64,000 bases of DNA from Harriotta raleighana (Eukaryota). The notes beneath the pieces are model-generated. The model had not been told where the DNA came from. It ran no database searches and saw only the letters and a list, made by a program, of their open reading frames with translations. Both the position numbers and the translations under genes were made by a program. How positions within the stretch are numbered: the stretch's first letter is position 1; every line of letters begins with the position of its first letter. Shown one piece after another: positions 13,275 through 26,444 of this stretch. The stretch is taken from NCBI GenBank assembly GCA_050575255.1, contig JBNZDD010013727.1, positions 1,994,733 through 2,058,732 of the forward strand. The letters are read 5' to 3'.

Positions 13275-13332
13275 GCTGTCCGGGATGTTACACTGTGTGA
13301 GGGGTGTTATATAAATGCTAGATTTTGTTGTA
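13275..13332 (+). mobile_element. L2 tail-only fragment
   Basis: gggatgttacactgtgtgaggggtgttatataaatgctagattttgttg. Confidence 0.5.
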
Positions 13333-13336
13333 ATTT

Positions 13337-13643
13337 TAATAGTAATCCTTGCATTTGATATAGATCTTTTCACATCTTCTAGGCATCTCAAAGTGCTTTA
13401 CAGAATATACTGCAAAATGAATTGATTGTTTATATGTACGCGAAACGCGGCAGCAAATTGTGCACAACAGTGTCCCACAAACAGGCATGGATTGAAATGA
13501 ATAATGTATTATTATTTTATTTGAGGGATTTTTTTTAGGCAGTAGGAAGTAATGAAACTTGCCCAAGGTTTGCCCTCCCTGGAATTGAACCCAAGTATCT
13601 TGCTTGTAAGACGAGTGCTCTAACCATTGAGCTACAGGAATCC
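13337..13643 (-). mobile_element. tRNA-derived SINE, short subfamily
   Basis: aatccttgcatttgatatag tail to gagctacaggaatcc head, reverse-complemented. Confidence 0.92.
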
Positions 13644-14316
13644 ACTTCCTGTAATACCAGTGAAATGTAAGTCCACTTTTTCTCTCCAGAGTGGATTGTT
13701 GTTTACAGCAGCAATAACAACAACTCACATTTATATAGCACCCCTTACACAGGGAAGTGAATAAGAGTATGTAACAGGCAGTTTGACATTTAGAATGCAT
13801 AATGAACACAATTTCAAAGTTATAAAGTAATGATATCTGTAAAAGAGATGATAAAGTGCCCATCACAGACTCTGGGCAAAGAGTGATATGTTGATTTAGA
13901 TCCTTATTTGAGATTCTGGTTATACTGCACTGAAGTAAAATGATTGAAGTTTTCTTTAAATTAATATTTCTGGTTGATTTATTGAAACAATTGAAGTTAT
14001 TTAAATTAATGATGTTTCACATAGATCCTTTCACTATCACCAGGAGAGACAATAATAAATGTTACATGGTCTACTGGAAGAAATGAATTTCAAAGAACGA
14101 ATAGCTACTTCAATTGAGTTGAACAGATTGAGCAACAAAATGTGTTTTGAAGCAAGAGGACCCCAAGCAGGCAAATTTCCTTACTCCTCCCCTCTGCATA
14201 ATGATATAGGACCACTGTGTCTTTTGGAGCTTTTGCTTAAAAGTTTATCAAAATGCCCCCGTGACTAGTTTGTTCTTCCGAATTCTGGTTATGAGCTTGG
14301 CTGGCTGGTTCATTAT

Positions 14317-14445
14317 TACAACAACAACAACAACTTTGATTTATATAGCGCCCTTCACGCCGGACAGCATCTCAGAGCGCTTCACAATAGCGGATCCCTG
14401 GACCGAGCAATGAGCAGAGGCAGAAAGGTGACCAAAAGCGTGTTT
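14317..14445 (-). mobile_element. L2 3' tail (subfamily with an AGCGCTCT...AGGGCGCT stem)
   Basis: (aac)n-tttgatttatatagcgcccttcacgccggacagcatctcagagcgcttcacaatag. Confidence 0.8.
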
Positions 14446-14586
14446 AAATTATTAAAGTGTCATAGAATACTGCCTCGCTGAGGTATTAAACTTCCAAGTC
14501 CATCATAGAAGATTGGCTCGATTCCCATCTTCCATTGTCGGTCATAACACTTTGGAGTCCACTCAGCTCCAAAGAGACCCAGCTTA

Positions 14587-14655
14587 CAACAACAACAACA
14601 ACAACAGCGAAATTGCATTTGTACAGCGCCTTTCACATCAGGAGGACGTCCCAAT
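14587..14655 (-). mobile_element. L2 tail-only insertion
   Basis: (aac)n-agcgaaattgcatttgtacagcgcctttcacatcaggaggacgtcccaa. Confidence 0.8.
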
Positions 14656-16430
14656 AAAGAGAGTAGTCGCAAAATGGTCATTGGAATTCTGGAAAGGTTT
14701 GAACCCTCACTGTGTAGACTGCAGGTTCAGGTAGACACAGGCAGGCAGGATGGTGATTAGCACAACTGCAGGAGATCGCCAAGTGAGTTCACCAACAACA
14801 TAAAGTTGTCCACCAATAGAAGCACCATTATCCTATGAGAACTACCTGGAATGATCACTTCAGGCCTATGAAGTGTATCCAGCTCAGATGACACTTATTT
14901 CACTGCCCTATCAGAGAAAGTAATAAGGTCATTCATTTAAAATTGTTTTTCTTTCCTTACCATAGCCACGTATTCATATGTGGCTTCCTTGCTACTAAAC
15001 CATTTCAGTTTAAAATCATGGCTTAAAATGTAATTGAATTACTTAATCACCTGGCAACAGATTTAGACAAAGCTACTCTCATCACTTTACTTCAATTTGG
15101 TCTTTGAGCCATGCTGATGAAATTAATCTCAAGCCTGAGAACATTTCTCAAAAGACCTCCATGAATTTGATCTTCTGCCACTCAAGAGAATCTTTGGCCT
15201 CCACACAATTCCTTCTTTATGTGTGTTTTTTTTTACCAGAAGGCCCTCAACCACATGTTTCTGACTTCCTTCTAGTTTGGCTCCTTGCACCTGTTTGACT
15301 AATTTTTGATAGTGAATCCTTGGTGTTATTCATTCTCCTGGTTATTATTCTCCTGTGGCATTAATACTGACTGAAAGCACATTTGGCACCTTTCTATTAT
15401 ACGTTCTAAATCTTTCCTGATTCCTTTCTTTATCGTATTAGCATTTTGTGTCACAACAGTGTACTCTCCTTTTATCCTCTACTGTTAATATACCTCTGAC
15501 TGTGCTTTCTCAGTAATTACATTCTGAAACAACACAACAGGTACATTTTTCACTGGTATATCCTTTTAGTCACATATCTGTTTCATATCAGTGTATGTTT
15601 AACACCAGTGCTTTAGGTTAATTGGACAACATTGTCCGTACTCCCAAAGCAGATGATGAAATTACCACGTGCCCTGCTGATGTATTCTAAAGTGTTATTC
15701 AGTCTCAGGAGAACCTCTGCTTCCCAAACTGTCTGATTCCTTCCAAGTATGCTCAATGATTGTCCTTTAGTTTGCCAAAGCACTTAAGTTAAAGTACTGT
15801 ATACTGATACTCCTTAAACTAATGCCCTTGGCATTTCGTATTGTGCTTTCTTTAGCTTATTTGTAACAAGAAATTATCTTGGCAACTTGGACCAATTACT
15901 CAGCATTCTTGTGAGCATCTGATCTTATCAGAAAGAGGAAACATACTGTACTCTCAGAATATGAGAGTTTTAACATAAAACTGTGCAAATTTTACAGAAG
16001 AAGAGGTGGTGCTCTATCTTACTCTGATGGATAGAAACAGTAATCACTATGTTGTAATAATGTGATATCCTGTTAAAATGAGGTGAAACATTCTCAGTTT
16101 TACTGATCAGCATAAGGCATTGTACCGTATTGCAGAATTCCCTGCTAAATATATTGACTGTATTTTATAGGCGAACAGCATGTATATAAAAGGAGGAAAT
16201 AAAATGAGCATAAAAATGTCACTACAAAGTGATTAGATGTGTAAGTGAAGGATAAACAAGGACTAGTTAAAATAAATCTCATACATGAATATGAATTGCC
16301 ATGATTTTTATTGAATATCTGTTTTTAAAAAAGAAGTAACATATGAATCACCATAAGCACTCATGGATTCAATTACCTTGTGAATAATATTACCTTGTGG
16401 TAATATTTTTTGTTCTCTAAATTGATAATG

Positions 16431-16954
16431 CAGTTGGCCCTCACCAAACTCGTGGGTTACGTTCCTGGAAAACAGCGGACTTGGTAAAATTGCATTCAGT
16501 AAGCTTAATATGTAATGGGAAAAAAGGTTTAGGGGAATCCATCCACCGGCTATCCAACGTCAAACCTCTAGGCACATCCACATCTGACCAACGCAAGGTG
16601 TTTACGGAGGCAGGCTACAACCAGCTGGCCCGCTCTCCCCGCTTGTCACTCTTGGCTAAATGATTTTACCTTTGGTCCTGGAAGTGTGAGGAGACTCTCT
16701 CTATGCCTCTTCTGTTTACCATGCAATGCCATCGGTTTGCTCCAAGGCCGAGGAATCATCAGACTTAGGTGGGAGCCAGCGGCATCCTCCCAAGTATGCA
16801 TTGAGCGCGGAGCCGGTGTACTTCCAAATGCGCATGTGGCCAGCTAGCATTTATATCGAAATTTTACTTGCGTTACGCAAAAATATGCTGCATTTATTTA
16901 TTCGCTATAGGCGAATCCGCACTCGAAAAAGTCATGTTCAGCAAGGGTTGACTG
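16431..16954. mobile_element. Tigger/pogo-like non-autonomous DNA transposon (family B)
   Basis: TIRs cagttggccct / agggttgactg, followed by TA; subterminal gggttacgttcctggaaa typical of Tigger-type MITEs; CpG-rich interior. Confidence 0.75.
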
Positions 16955-18569
16955 TATTCCGAATGGTGATTATTTAAATTTGATGGATAACACAACTTAA
17001 GAATGATAATTATACATTTTCTTTTTTGAACTTATTTTTATTATTTGGACTTGGACTTAATTGGACTTATGTGTAGTGTTAAAATTTACAGTAAAAAATA
17101 ATGAATCAAAGCCAAACCCATTTTGAAGTTTTGCACCTTCTCACCAATACATGGTTTTGCCCTCAAATACAGATATTTAAAGGAACAAAGAAAATGCTAG
17201 TCAAAAAAAACCAAAGTCCATCCAATTTACCTTTTGCCATCCTGGCACAATTTGTGTCTGAAATACTTATTCCAAAATATTATTTCGTAAAATAAATATA
17301 TCTAATTTGAAAGAATGAATACATTCTGCTTCCACCTTCTCCACAGGATTTGCCTATGGAATTATATAATCATTGAAATATTATATACTTAATCACAGCA
17401 TTTTAAATCAAGGAAAATCACATTTCTATGCTAATTCCAGTGAATGTTTGCCATGGTGACATGCTGGTGGGACGATTAGAATGTAACATTCATGCTTGCT
17501 TGGATGTTCGATGTTTTCTGAAACACATCTCAAATTTCCCATTGAACTACAATGAGTTTAATGATATCAAAGAAAATATGGAAAATCCTTTTAGAATTTT
17601 TTTTACCAACCCTACAAAAGAATAAATGATGATTTTGATAACAAATATGATTCTGAGCTATTCTGGTTGGCTTCAGCGATTGTCAACATCAACCATCAAC
17701 ATTGAGATTTTAATGCTAATTTATTTTTATGGATATTCACAAGTCAATGAACTGCAGGAAAGCTGCCTCATAATGAAAAACTGTGGACCTGACAGTGAAA
17801 AATAACTTCACTGGTCTGGCCTAACTCCAAATCACCAGCTAGTCCTTAACTCTCACATGTTTTGAAATATTTGAGAATTTTTGTTAGTGCTTCTTACACA
17901 ATAGTTGGACGCCACAACTTTAAATTATGTGATTGGCAGTAACTGTACTGTTTGAAGTTTTGAAGAGAGAGACTTCAGCACCTAATAAATGCATCTCCTC
18001 AGTCAGGTTGGCATTCTGTTTGTTGAGAGAACCACATGCAGATCTCACTGGATGAGATTACTGTGGAGACGTTCCATTGTCTCCTGTAAATGAACTTTTC
18101 TTTTGTGTAGGTCGGTAGTGTTTACCAAAGTAAAGATGGAAATAGTTGCGCAGAAGGATCGGTCTACTATAGAAACTGGACAATCAACACCTCTTTTAAT
18201 AGCAGACAGGAGAAATATTACTTTTTTGTTCCAAACTCTATCCATTTTGAATGGCTTATATGATACATTTGTCCATTTGATTTGCATTTTCATCAAATTA
18301 ATTGGAAAATCCTGATGTGACTTCTTTGTTAAATGATGCTGAATTGAACAACCTACATTAAGCCTTTTCCAGTCAGAATAGACAAATAGATACAGTAATT
18401 TCATTTCCACAGTGACTAGACAGCTCTCAGCAATTGCTTCCAATTTGGCACCTGATGTTAATCATGTTTTAAACATCAATAGAGTATAACTTTTACAGTA
18501 TTTAATTGTTTTCTCATTAGAAATAAATACTTTGGGTATTCTTGCTGAAGTTTTTCTGTATACAGTCAG

Positions 18570-18712
18570 CAATCAAGAACTGGAATAAGTTGCCAGGAAG
18601 CTGTTAGAGGCCAGGACTCAATTTTTTTTTTTTAAAAACAGCTTGATGCAATGATGCAGAGATGAGATAAGGTGGGCAAAGGGCCTTCTTGTCAAACAAC
18701 CAATTAGTGACT
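18570..18712 (+). mobile_element. CR1 3' fragment
   Basis: tggaataagttgcca (WNxLP)...aaacagcttgatg...aagggccttcttgtc; related copy at ~27095-27255. Confidence 0.6.
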
Positions 18713-18959
18713 ATTCTCCTTGGGGTGGAGGTAAACACACTCTGGGACACTACCCTGTGTGAGGGACATAATATACAGTAAATGCAAGTTTTGTTATCGT
18801 TGCTACTGTTCTTAATTCAGACCAATCTTGTCATCATGTGAATCTGGTACCAAGTAGTGTTTTTTGGACCCTGGTGTTATCCCAGGAGAGATATCCAGTA
18901 TGTCCAACTTGATATTGATAGAGATTCTACTAAGGGAAAGCATCAGCCCAAGCTATTAA

Positions 18960-19055
18960 TTAATAATTACATTGATATAGCGCCTGTCACGTCGGGGGGG
19001 CGTCCCAAGGCGTTGAACAGTCAGGTAGGTATCAGAGCGGGTGGTAGGGGGGAAG
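18960..19055 (-). mobile_element. L2 3' tail
   Basis: aattacattgatatagcgcctgtcacgtcggggggg...cgtcccaaggcgttgaacagtcagg. Confidence 0.8.
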
Positions 19056-19139
19056 GAGAATGGAAAAATTGATGGTATATTTTGTGGGTGAAACACAGCA
19101 GCCAAATTGCACTCAGCAGTGTCCTAAAAATAGTCGCGG

Positions 19140-19460
19140 AAGTGGGGCCAGGAGAGAAAGGGGGAAAAGAGGGTAAGGGGGCAGAGGGAGGGAAAGGTGG
19201 GATGGGGTAAAGTCAGGGAGGAAGAGGTGGGAGAAAGTAATGGGGGAGGGGAAGGTAAAGGTGGGTAGGGGGCAAAATCAGGGAGAAATGGGGAGAGAGG
19301 GGATAATAGGGAAGAGGGAGGGAAGGGGGAAAAGGGAGGGAGGGAAGAAGAAGAAAAAGAGGGAGGAAGGTTAGGGGGCAGGGGGATTAAACAACAACAA
19401 TAAACAACAAAGTCAACAACAATAAACAACAAAACAATCACAATAACAATCAATAATCAT
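19140..19460. repeat. G-rich polypurine low-complexity tract followed by an (AAC/AAT)n microsatellite
   Basis: Directly visible runs of ggg/gga/gaa, then acaacaacaataaacaac. Confidence 0.9.
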
Positions 19461-19774
19461 CCAGCAACTACTCCTTATCCTCGCCGCCCGCCTGGGCGAT
19501 CTTTAAAATGGCGGGAACAGGACCCAGGGTGGTGACAGGCCCCAAAACTGACCGGTTCCTCGGCTGGTGACTTGGATCATGTATGTGCAGGAAGCTAGTT
19601 GCATCTAGAGATCTAACACATTTCATGCTGAGCTGTGTTGCCCACTAAGAAGCTCGCAGGGAGTGCTTGGTACCTAAATCCACCTATTAAGGGTATCAAG
19701 CACTTGTGAATGTCAAACAACCAAACGACTATACTCCTGTGGGGTAAATCTAGAGTTTCTCCCCCACCAAAAAA

Positions 19775-19882
19775 AGTTTGTGGATGGTAATTCCATCCAC
19801 ACCTTTAAGGGTTAGGTTGATAAATTTTTGGTAGGTTAGGGTATTAAGGGATACAGAAAGAAAGCAGTAAATTGGAATTGAA
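19775..19882 (+). mobile_element. CR1 fragment
   Basis: acctttaagggttaggttgataaatttttggtaggttagggtattaagggatac (FKxxLDxFLxxxGIKGY). Confidence 0.7.
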
Positions 19883-20270
19883 AGCTTGTCAGACAGGATT
19901 ATCAATAGCAAGCAATGCCATTCTAGCTGGTTAGACTCCAGCAGTACACCCAACACACACTTTGGGGTCCCCGAGCCTGGGCTCTTGCCAATCTGTACTT
20001 CATACTTTCCAGAATTAAGAAAGGAGGATGCTTCCCTCCAGGCAGAGAGTGTGCATTCCATTCCAACAATCTGTTCCTTGGATTGTGTTGGTGGGATGTA
20101 TGGAATTCTCAGCTTGGATACACTTTAGAATAGTGATGGTTTTGGGTGAAGAATCACAAAGTTAGTGCTGGGTTCCTCAAGTCTTGGCTCTCAGCAGAGT
20201 GCACTTAATCCTCTCCAAAACTAGGTAAGCAGATGTGCTGCTCCGGGGAGATTGTGCATTCTACTCCATG
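19880..20270 (+). repeat. Unclassified interspersed repeat, copies 3 (19880-20071) and 4 (~20170-20270)
   Basis: gaaagcttgtcagacagg...tagctggttagactccagcagt...gcattccattccaacaatc, followed by a partial copy caagtcttggctctcagcagagtgcacttaatcctctccaaaactaggtaagcag. Confidence 0.75.
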
Positions 20271-21989
20271 AGCAGGGAAATTTCTATAAATGGCTTATAT
20301 ACCTGAAACTCTCAGTCTTGTTTGGAAATTAATAATGTCAGAATCCAGGGTGAACAAAAAAGTGCTTTTCCACAAGTAGTCATAAAGTGAGTGACCAATT
20401 TATCTAGAGATAAAACAGGTTCTGGTTCCTCCTTAATATGAAAGTAAGGAAGAACAGCCATAGTTCTGTAGCAATGTTAACACAATTCAGTTGTTTATGT
20501 TGGTATGATGTTGACACAGATACATGGTTCCAGTGAACATACTTCCAAAGAGAGGATTAAGAAAGTAAAGGACAGAAGAAAATGTTCAAATTAACCATTG
20601 CATATCAACTTTGTTTTTGCTTCTTAGACTTGAAATCTTCCAAAGTACAGTTGAAACATAATACTGCAATTTTGTTGTTTCGGCACTTGACAGGCCCAGT
20701 AAATGTAAACATTCAATGGATAGAAGTACTTGTAATTTTGCATGATGTTTTAAATATTTGCTTTGTCCGCTGGTTTTAAGTGAAACCATGCCCTGTTAAT
20801 CTATAACATGACTTCCATGCTAATTGCCAATCAGTGAATGCTCCAGATAAGAAGGATTGTTTCCTTCATTTCATGTTTCACTGTTTTGAAAAAACGCAGG
20901 TAAACTGTACTTAGCTTTGCAACAAATTGTTTGGAATTTTGAAGTGATTTCTGGCTAAAATAATTGTTGTATGCCATGGACACAATGATTTTTATATTAG
21001 TGTGTCCTGGCATATGTTGTAGGGATTTTTGCATTAAGGATTATTGTGAAGCATTAGGTTTGTAGTATTCTTACTATGCACAAACACATGTTTTACCTAT
21101 GTAAGTGAGGCATTAAACAGTATTTTAACTCATATTTCTCAAATATCACTTTGAAATTCCTTTGCCTTATATAATCAGCCTTACATCATTTGATAATGAA
21201 TTCATGAAAACTCACTGGAGATAAAAGGATTCTTAGGAACTTTTTGTTTCTGATGTTAAATGGCTGACAGATTTTGGCAATGCCAGGATAAAAAATGTTG
21301 TGAAGATAGAGAGGTATCCCTTTGAGTGTGCAGGTATAACATTTGTTCTATTTAGAAATTAACACACACAGTTTGAGGGATTTCAATAAGTATAAGAAAT
21401 AATACAAGAAAATATAATTTAATAAAAGAAAATTGGCATATCATGCTTATATCAATAGTGGCAGTGAAGGTTAACTGCACTTTTTTATAACACTAGCCAT
21501 CACAATGTCCACCATGCTGACGATGAATGCCTATCAGTCATTCAGTTAGTCAGAAATGTGCAGTATACTACTCAGGGTACTACAAATTTGTCAGGAGTTA
21601 ACATTACTGTGCCCACTTAGCAGCATGAAAAGGGAATTTGAATGTATGGAAGATTGTCATCTTTGGAAGATCGTCATTGCTGATAGATCAATAATTTGAA
21701 CTCCATGAACTGGACATATATATTGTGTGTGTTGTCAGTGCATACACCATCAATACAGGCAAATATTTAATTTCATGAATGTGCAAGTGTTGAGAATACT
21801 ATCAGAGGTAGGAATGTTCTGGCAATAGTTGTAATTTTTACATTCTTTCTAGATTTGTACTAGGCAGGAAACTTATAGAAGAACCAATAGGTATGATAGT
21901 CATAGCTGGGCAAGTAGCAGGAAGTTTATTGTCGCATTGTAGTCTCAATAAGGGTATATCACAAGCTATGCAGTAATGCCTATATTACA

Positions 21990-22310
21990 GAGTCCTGTAG
22001 CTCAGTGGTTAGTTCACTTGCCTTATGAATGAGAGACCTGGGCACAATTCTAGGCAGGACAAAATCTTGGACAAATATCCTTACTCCACATGCCTAATAC
22101 TAATCCCTAAAAAAAAATTGGCCATTTCAATCCATGACTGTTTGTGCGATACGGCTTTTCACAATTGGCTGCCACATTTATACAGTCAATTCACTTTGTA
22201 GTATATTNCACCCGCATAAATACAGTCAATTCACTTTGTAGTATATTCTGTAAAGCACATCTAAAAGATATTAAAAGCGATATATCAAAATCAAGTACAG
22301 TATTATTGTT
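21990..22310 (+). mobile_element. tRNA-derived SINE, short subfamily (contains an N-junction duplication)
   Basis: gagtcctgtagctcagtggttag head; tail aaagcgatatatcaaaatcaag. Confidence 0.88.
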
Positions 22311-22415
22311 ATCATCTGTTTGTTTCAGATAACAGAATGTTGTTTAATGACAACACAAATGTCAAATTGTTCAAACGATGGGTTGAAGAAATATAATGAA
22401 TCTCACTTAATCATA

Positions 22416-22800
22416 TACAACAACAACAATATTACACTTGTATAGCGCCTTTCACGTCAGGAGGATNTGAAGAAATATAATGAATCTCACTTAATCATAC
22501 ACAACAACAACAATATTACACTTGTCTAGCGCCTTTCACGTCAGGAGGATGTCCCAATGTTTCCGACCTGAGCTGGGGTCGGGAACAGGGAGGTTGGAGG
22601 GAAAGGAGGGGATTTGGGGTGACTATACATGGTCATTGTATTCAATCCTCTGGGGATGGGGAGCCAATAGAGCTAGGCGAGGTTGGGAGTGATGGGGATG
22701 CAGAGCCTGGTGTGGGATAGGACATGAGCCGCAGAGTTTTGGATGATCTGCAGTTTGTGAAGGAAAGCGCTAGAAAGGCTGACGAGGAGGAGGGATCGCA
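22416..22800 (-). mobile_element. L2 3' tail and body fragment (tail duplicated across the N at 22467)
   Basis: (aac)n-atattacacttgtatagcgcctttcacgtcaggagga; ggatgatctgcagtttgtgaagg resembles the reversed L2 ORF2 C-terminus. Confidence 0.7.
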
Positions 22801-25175
22801 ATATAATAAATAGAAAGTCTTATCTTTGTACACTATACTTCATGTCAAGACTTGTATACTACTGTTAAACTGTCAGAGGGCAATGGGAAGGAAAGAATGG
22901 TGGAGGTGAACAACGAAGAGGTAATCAAGCATGAGGTGCCATAATGTCAACATCCTATGATCGCTTCTCATAAGGATGAGTGGACTCAACTGTCACATGG
23001 TGCAATGCAATGGAATATGAGTGATGGGTCTATGTCTGCATGCTTTCACTTTTCTGTCCCAGAAGGGATAAATGTTAGCTACAAGAATGTGTCACCATGA
23101 AGATTCAACATACCACAGAAAACGTGGAAAGACAGCTTCAATCTGTTTAAGAGGAATCTGACAACAAAAGACCACATGAAATCAGATGGAGGAAGACAAC
23201 TATCAAATTTGATGTTTGAATTGTTAATGCATAAAAAAACTTTTAATGTATTTTATACAGTAAAAGAATATTCCAGAATAAGGCTCCATGGGTATAACTA
23301 CTCTTGTTCAGGAATTTCTCCACAATTAATAATAATCCTTATATTTGATGATGGGTCCTTCTGCTTTAGGAAGTTACTTCAAAGGACTTTACAACATTTA
23401 CTAAAAATAAATTGCGACCAATTCTGATCTTGAAGCCCTGCAAAGGAAGTTTTGCAGTCAGTGAGCTTTGTTTACTTGTTTTATGTTATCAATTTTCAAA
23501 TTAATCTGCAATTTAATTCAGCAACCCAAATTCACTACGAAGGCAGTGAATACTGTATTCTCAACCCATTGTCAAAGCCACTTCAATTAATGACAGGAAG
23601 TTTCTCTCCTTAATATTTATACCATTTATTAACAATTTCCTAACAAATTTTATAATGTGGTTGGCTGCTGATGTCTCACTGAAGTCTCATCTTTTCATGG
23701 TAGTTATGGACAACACTCAGCAATGACTCCCTCCAATCCTTACAACTTCAGGCTTCAATCACAAAGGGAAAGGGAAGAAAGCTCCACCTGTGGGTGGCCA
23801 TTACAGGTGAGTCTGATCCTATATTCAGTCAACATTGATACATGTGCACTTTTCAGGATGTGGGGCACTGGGTAATAATAGAAGCAGGAAGTTTGATGAT
23901 TGTTTCCCTCAATACATCAGGAGTGATTGAAGTCCCCTATTGTGGATTTACGTGTCAGCCACAATGCAGACGAGGATGGCTCCCTTTTACCCCAGGCAGT
24001 GCCTGTAAGAATTTGGCCTTAGGCGAGTCACCACTAGGTGGCCTTTAATGATCAGAGGGAAGTGTTCATTCGATGAACGTATCTTCAGGTGTTGCTGGGG
24101 GAGAAGTGCGATGGGCAACATTGGTTCCCATGGAAATCTAAGTATGCCTACTGTCTGAGACCTGCATTTAACACCCTGAAGAAGATAGAGTAAAATAACA
24201 TTCAGTTGAGTCCCACTGCACAAAAATTCTAAATAACTTTCAGCTTTGTGAAACAAGGCAAAGTTTAAAGACATTCAGCTTGTAACAACTGTTGCGTTTA
24301 TTAAAACTGTCAATCAAGCAGGCATTCATGTATGCCAGATTTTGAAAGATTCTGTAGGTTTTGGGAAGCTGGGACCAGTGCCAAAGAGTTTGGCTTCACT
24401 CTTCATCACTTCAGCAACAAGAAGGTTCAGACCATTATTACAAGAATAAACCTATCTCATGGTTACGGGTTTGCTAATGGTACACTTGTGGGTACACAGT
24501 TTGCTGCTACCTTTTGTGCTCTCTTTTCATAAGCCATTCTCTAGCCTTCAGGCAGGCAGCCTAGTTTGCAACTACATATTTCTCCAGGTGGCAAATTCAA
24601 TCTTATTGTACTCTACATGTTGAATGTGCTGACTCATAAAAAGTAATACCATTCATGTTTCATAATGTAGAGTTTTGAATGCGTTATCCATTGCCAAGAT
24701 AGATATGTTCAATGGGTTACCCAAGCATCAAATTATTACAAAAAAGTTAGAGGCTAATGATTTGATACTTTGCACATTTTAGTTACATGTAAAATAAAAT
24801 ACAAAGTACAGTTCAAAATTAGTCTCATGTAATTTGTGCATAATGTTTTTTGAATGGTACACAATAAATCCCCTATATTTTGATCAATTAATTAGAATTA
24901 GTGTGCCATATAATAAGGACACTGCCAAGTCCAATATGTTTCCTGAAGGTCAAACTTCATTCCTTTACTTTTCTGTGTCATCTTATTTATCAGGCGGTCA
25001 GATGCTTTCAAATGTATGTGGCCTCAAAACACACAAAAAAGGATGTGCAAGATGCATATAAATACCTCTTCAACTGCATCTTTGGTCATCTTTCGCCTCT
25101 CTACCTATCTCCGCTCCGACCCTCAGCTTGAGCGTCACCCTATGACTATCAAGTACCTCTGGTGAGGGACCGGAT

Positions 25176-25500
25176 AATAATAATAATAATAATCCTTGCA
25201 TTTGATATAGCGCTTTTCACATCTTATCAACGTCCCAAAGCGCTTCACAGAATATACTGTAAAGTGAATTGACTATATATTTGTGGGCGGAATGCGGCAG
25301 CCAATTGCGCACAGCAGTGTCCCACAAACAGTCATGGATTGAAATGACCAATTTTATTATTGTGTTTTTTTTGGGAGGGATTATTATTAGGCATGTGGAG
25401 TAAGGAAACTTGCCCAAGGTTTCGCCCTGATCTGCCTGGATTCGAACACAGGTCTCATGCTTGATAAAGCAAGTGCTCTAACCACTAAGCCACAGGAGCT
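25176..25500 (-). mobile_element. Young tRNA-derived SINE with CCGGAT target-site duplication
   Basis: Long (aat)n tail and intact CpGs; ccggat at 25170-25175 and 25501-25506. Confidence 0.95.
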
Positions 25501-25904
25501 CCGGATGTGGGGGAGGAAGGACGGTTGGGGATCGAACCCGACGCCTAGGATGCGTACGGGTTAAGTGAGTTAGCGCCAGCAAGGTGGAGGAGTAGAGAGC
25601 CATGTGATTGAAGACGTTGAAGAGAGCCAAAGAGTATGGCTTCTGTCTTGTCAAAGGTAGTGACAAGCTTTATCCCCTGCTATATAAATATAGGGATGAT
25701 GAGCAGGAGGAGGTGCTGCCATTTTGGGCTTTGAATTTCCCACCGAGTTCCTCCTCCCCGATATCACTTCTGCCCACCAAGTTTGAATTCTTGGCAACAG
25801 GTTTGGATAACTCACACTGAGGCAGTGGCTTCCAAACTTCAAATAATGACACCCCCCTAACTCAGCAACGTTTTTGTTGCTCCCCACCCCCTCCATCTCC
25901 CCAC

Positions 25905-26050
25905 TCCTTCACTCTCAGCTTCACACACTCAGGTCCTCAGCTCCACCTCGGCTCCAATCGCATCCACTGCTCCACCTCAGCTCCATGCTTTCAGATCCTC
26001 GGCTCTGCCTTGGGTCCTCGGCTTTGCCTCAGTTCCACACGCACTCAGAA
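25905..26050. repeat. Degenerate minisatellite, unit ~cctcagctcca
   Basis: cctcagctccac, cctcggctcca, cctcagctcca, cctcggctct, cctcggcttt, cctcagttccac. Confidence 0.65.
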
Positions 26051-26444
26051 AGACATTAAAACTCTACGTCCCCCCCAGCTAACGGAACGTGCCCTCCAAG
26101 GGAGGAGTGCAATATAATGTAAAGTGAAATGACTGTATATTTGTGAGGTGGAACTGAGCAACCAAATGGTTTATCATTGAAAGTATCATTAATAGTTTGG
26201 GATTAGTTTTAATGCGATAGCCTACAAACTCTATTCAACTGAAACTGAGTGACCAATTGAGACAATCTTCAAATGAGTGAAAGGATGAAGTTTGGGGCAG
26301 TAAAAAGATTTGCTGCTGTGAGGTTAGTTTATGACATTTTATTATGTTAACTAACACCTTGCATGAATTAATACTGACAGCCAATTTAGTGAGCTATTGA
26401 GATTTAAAAGATCGAGTGGTTTCTAGGTGTATTAAAAGACCAAA

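Noticed and set aside
13336-13866. 176-aa minus-strand ORF
   Set aside because: More than half is a read-through of a SINE copy, and no protein family is recognisable.
19124-19453. Pro/Ser/Leu-rich 109-aa ORF
   Set aside because: Translation of a low-complexity purine tract and microsatellite.
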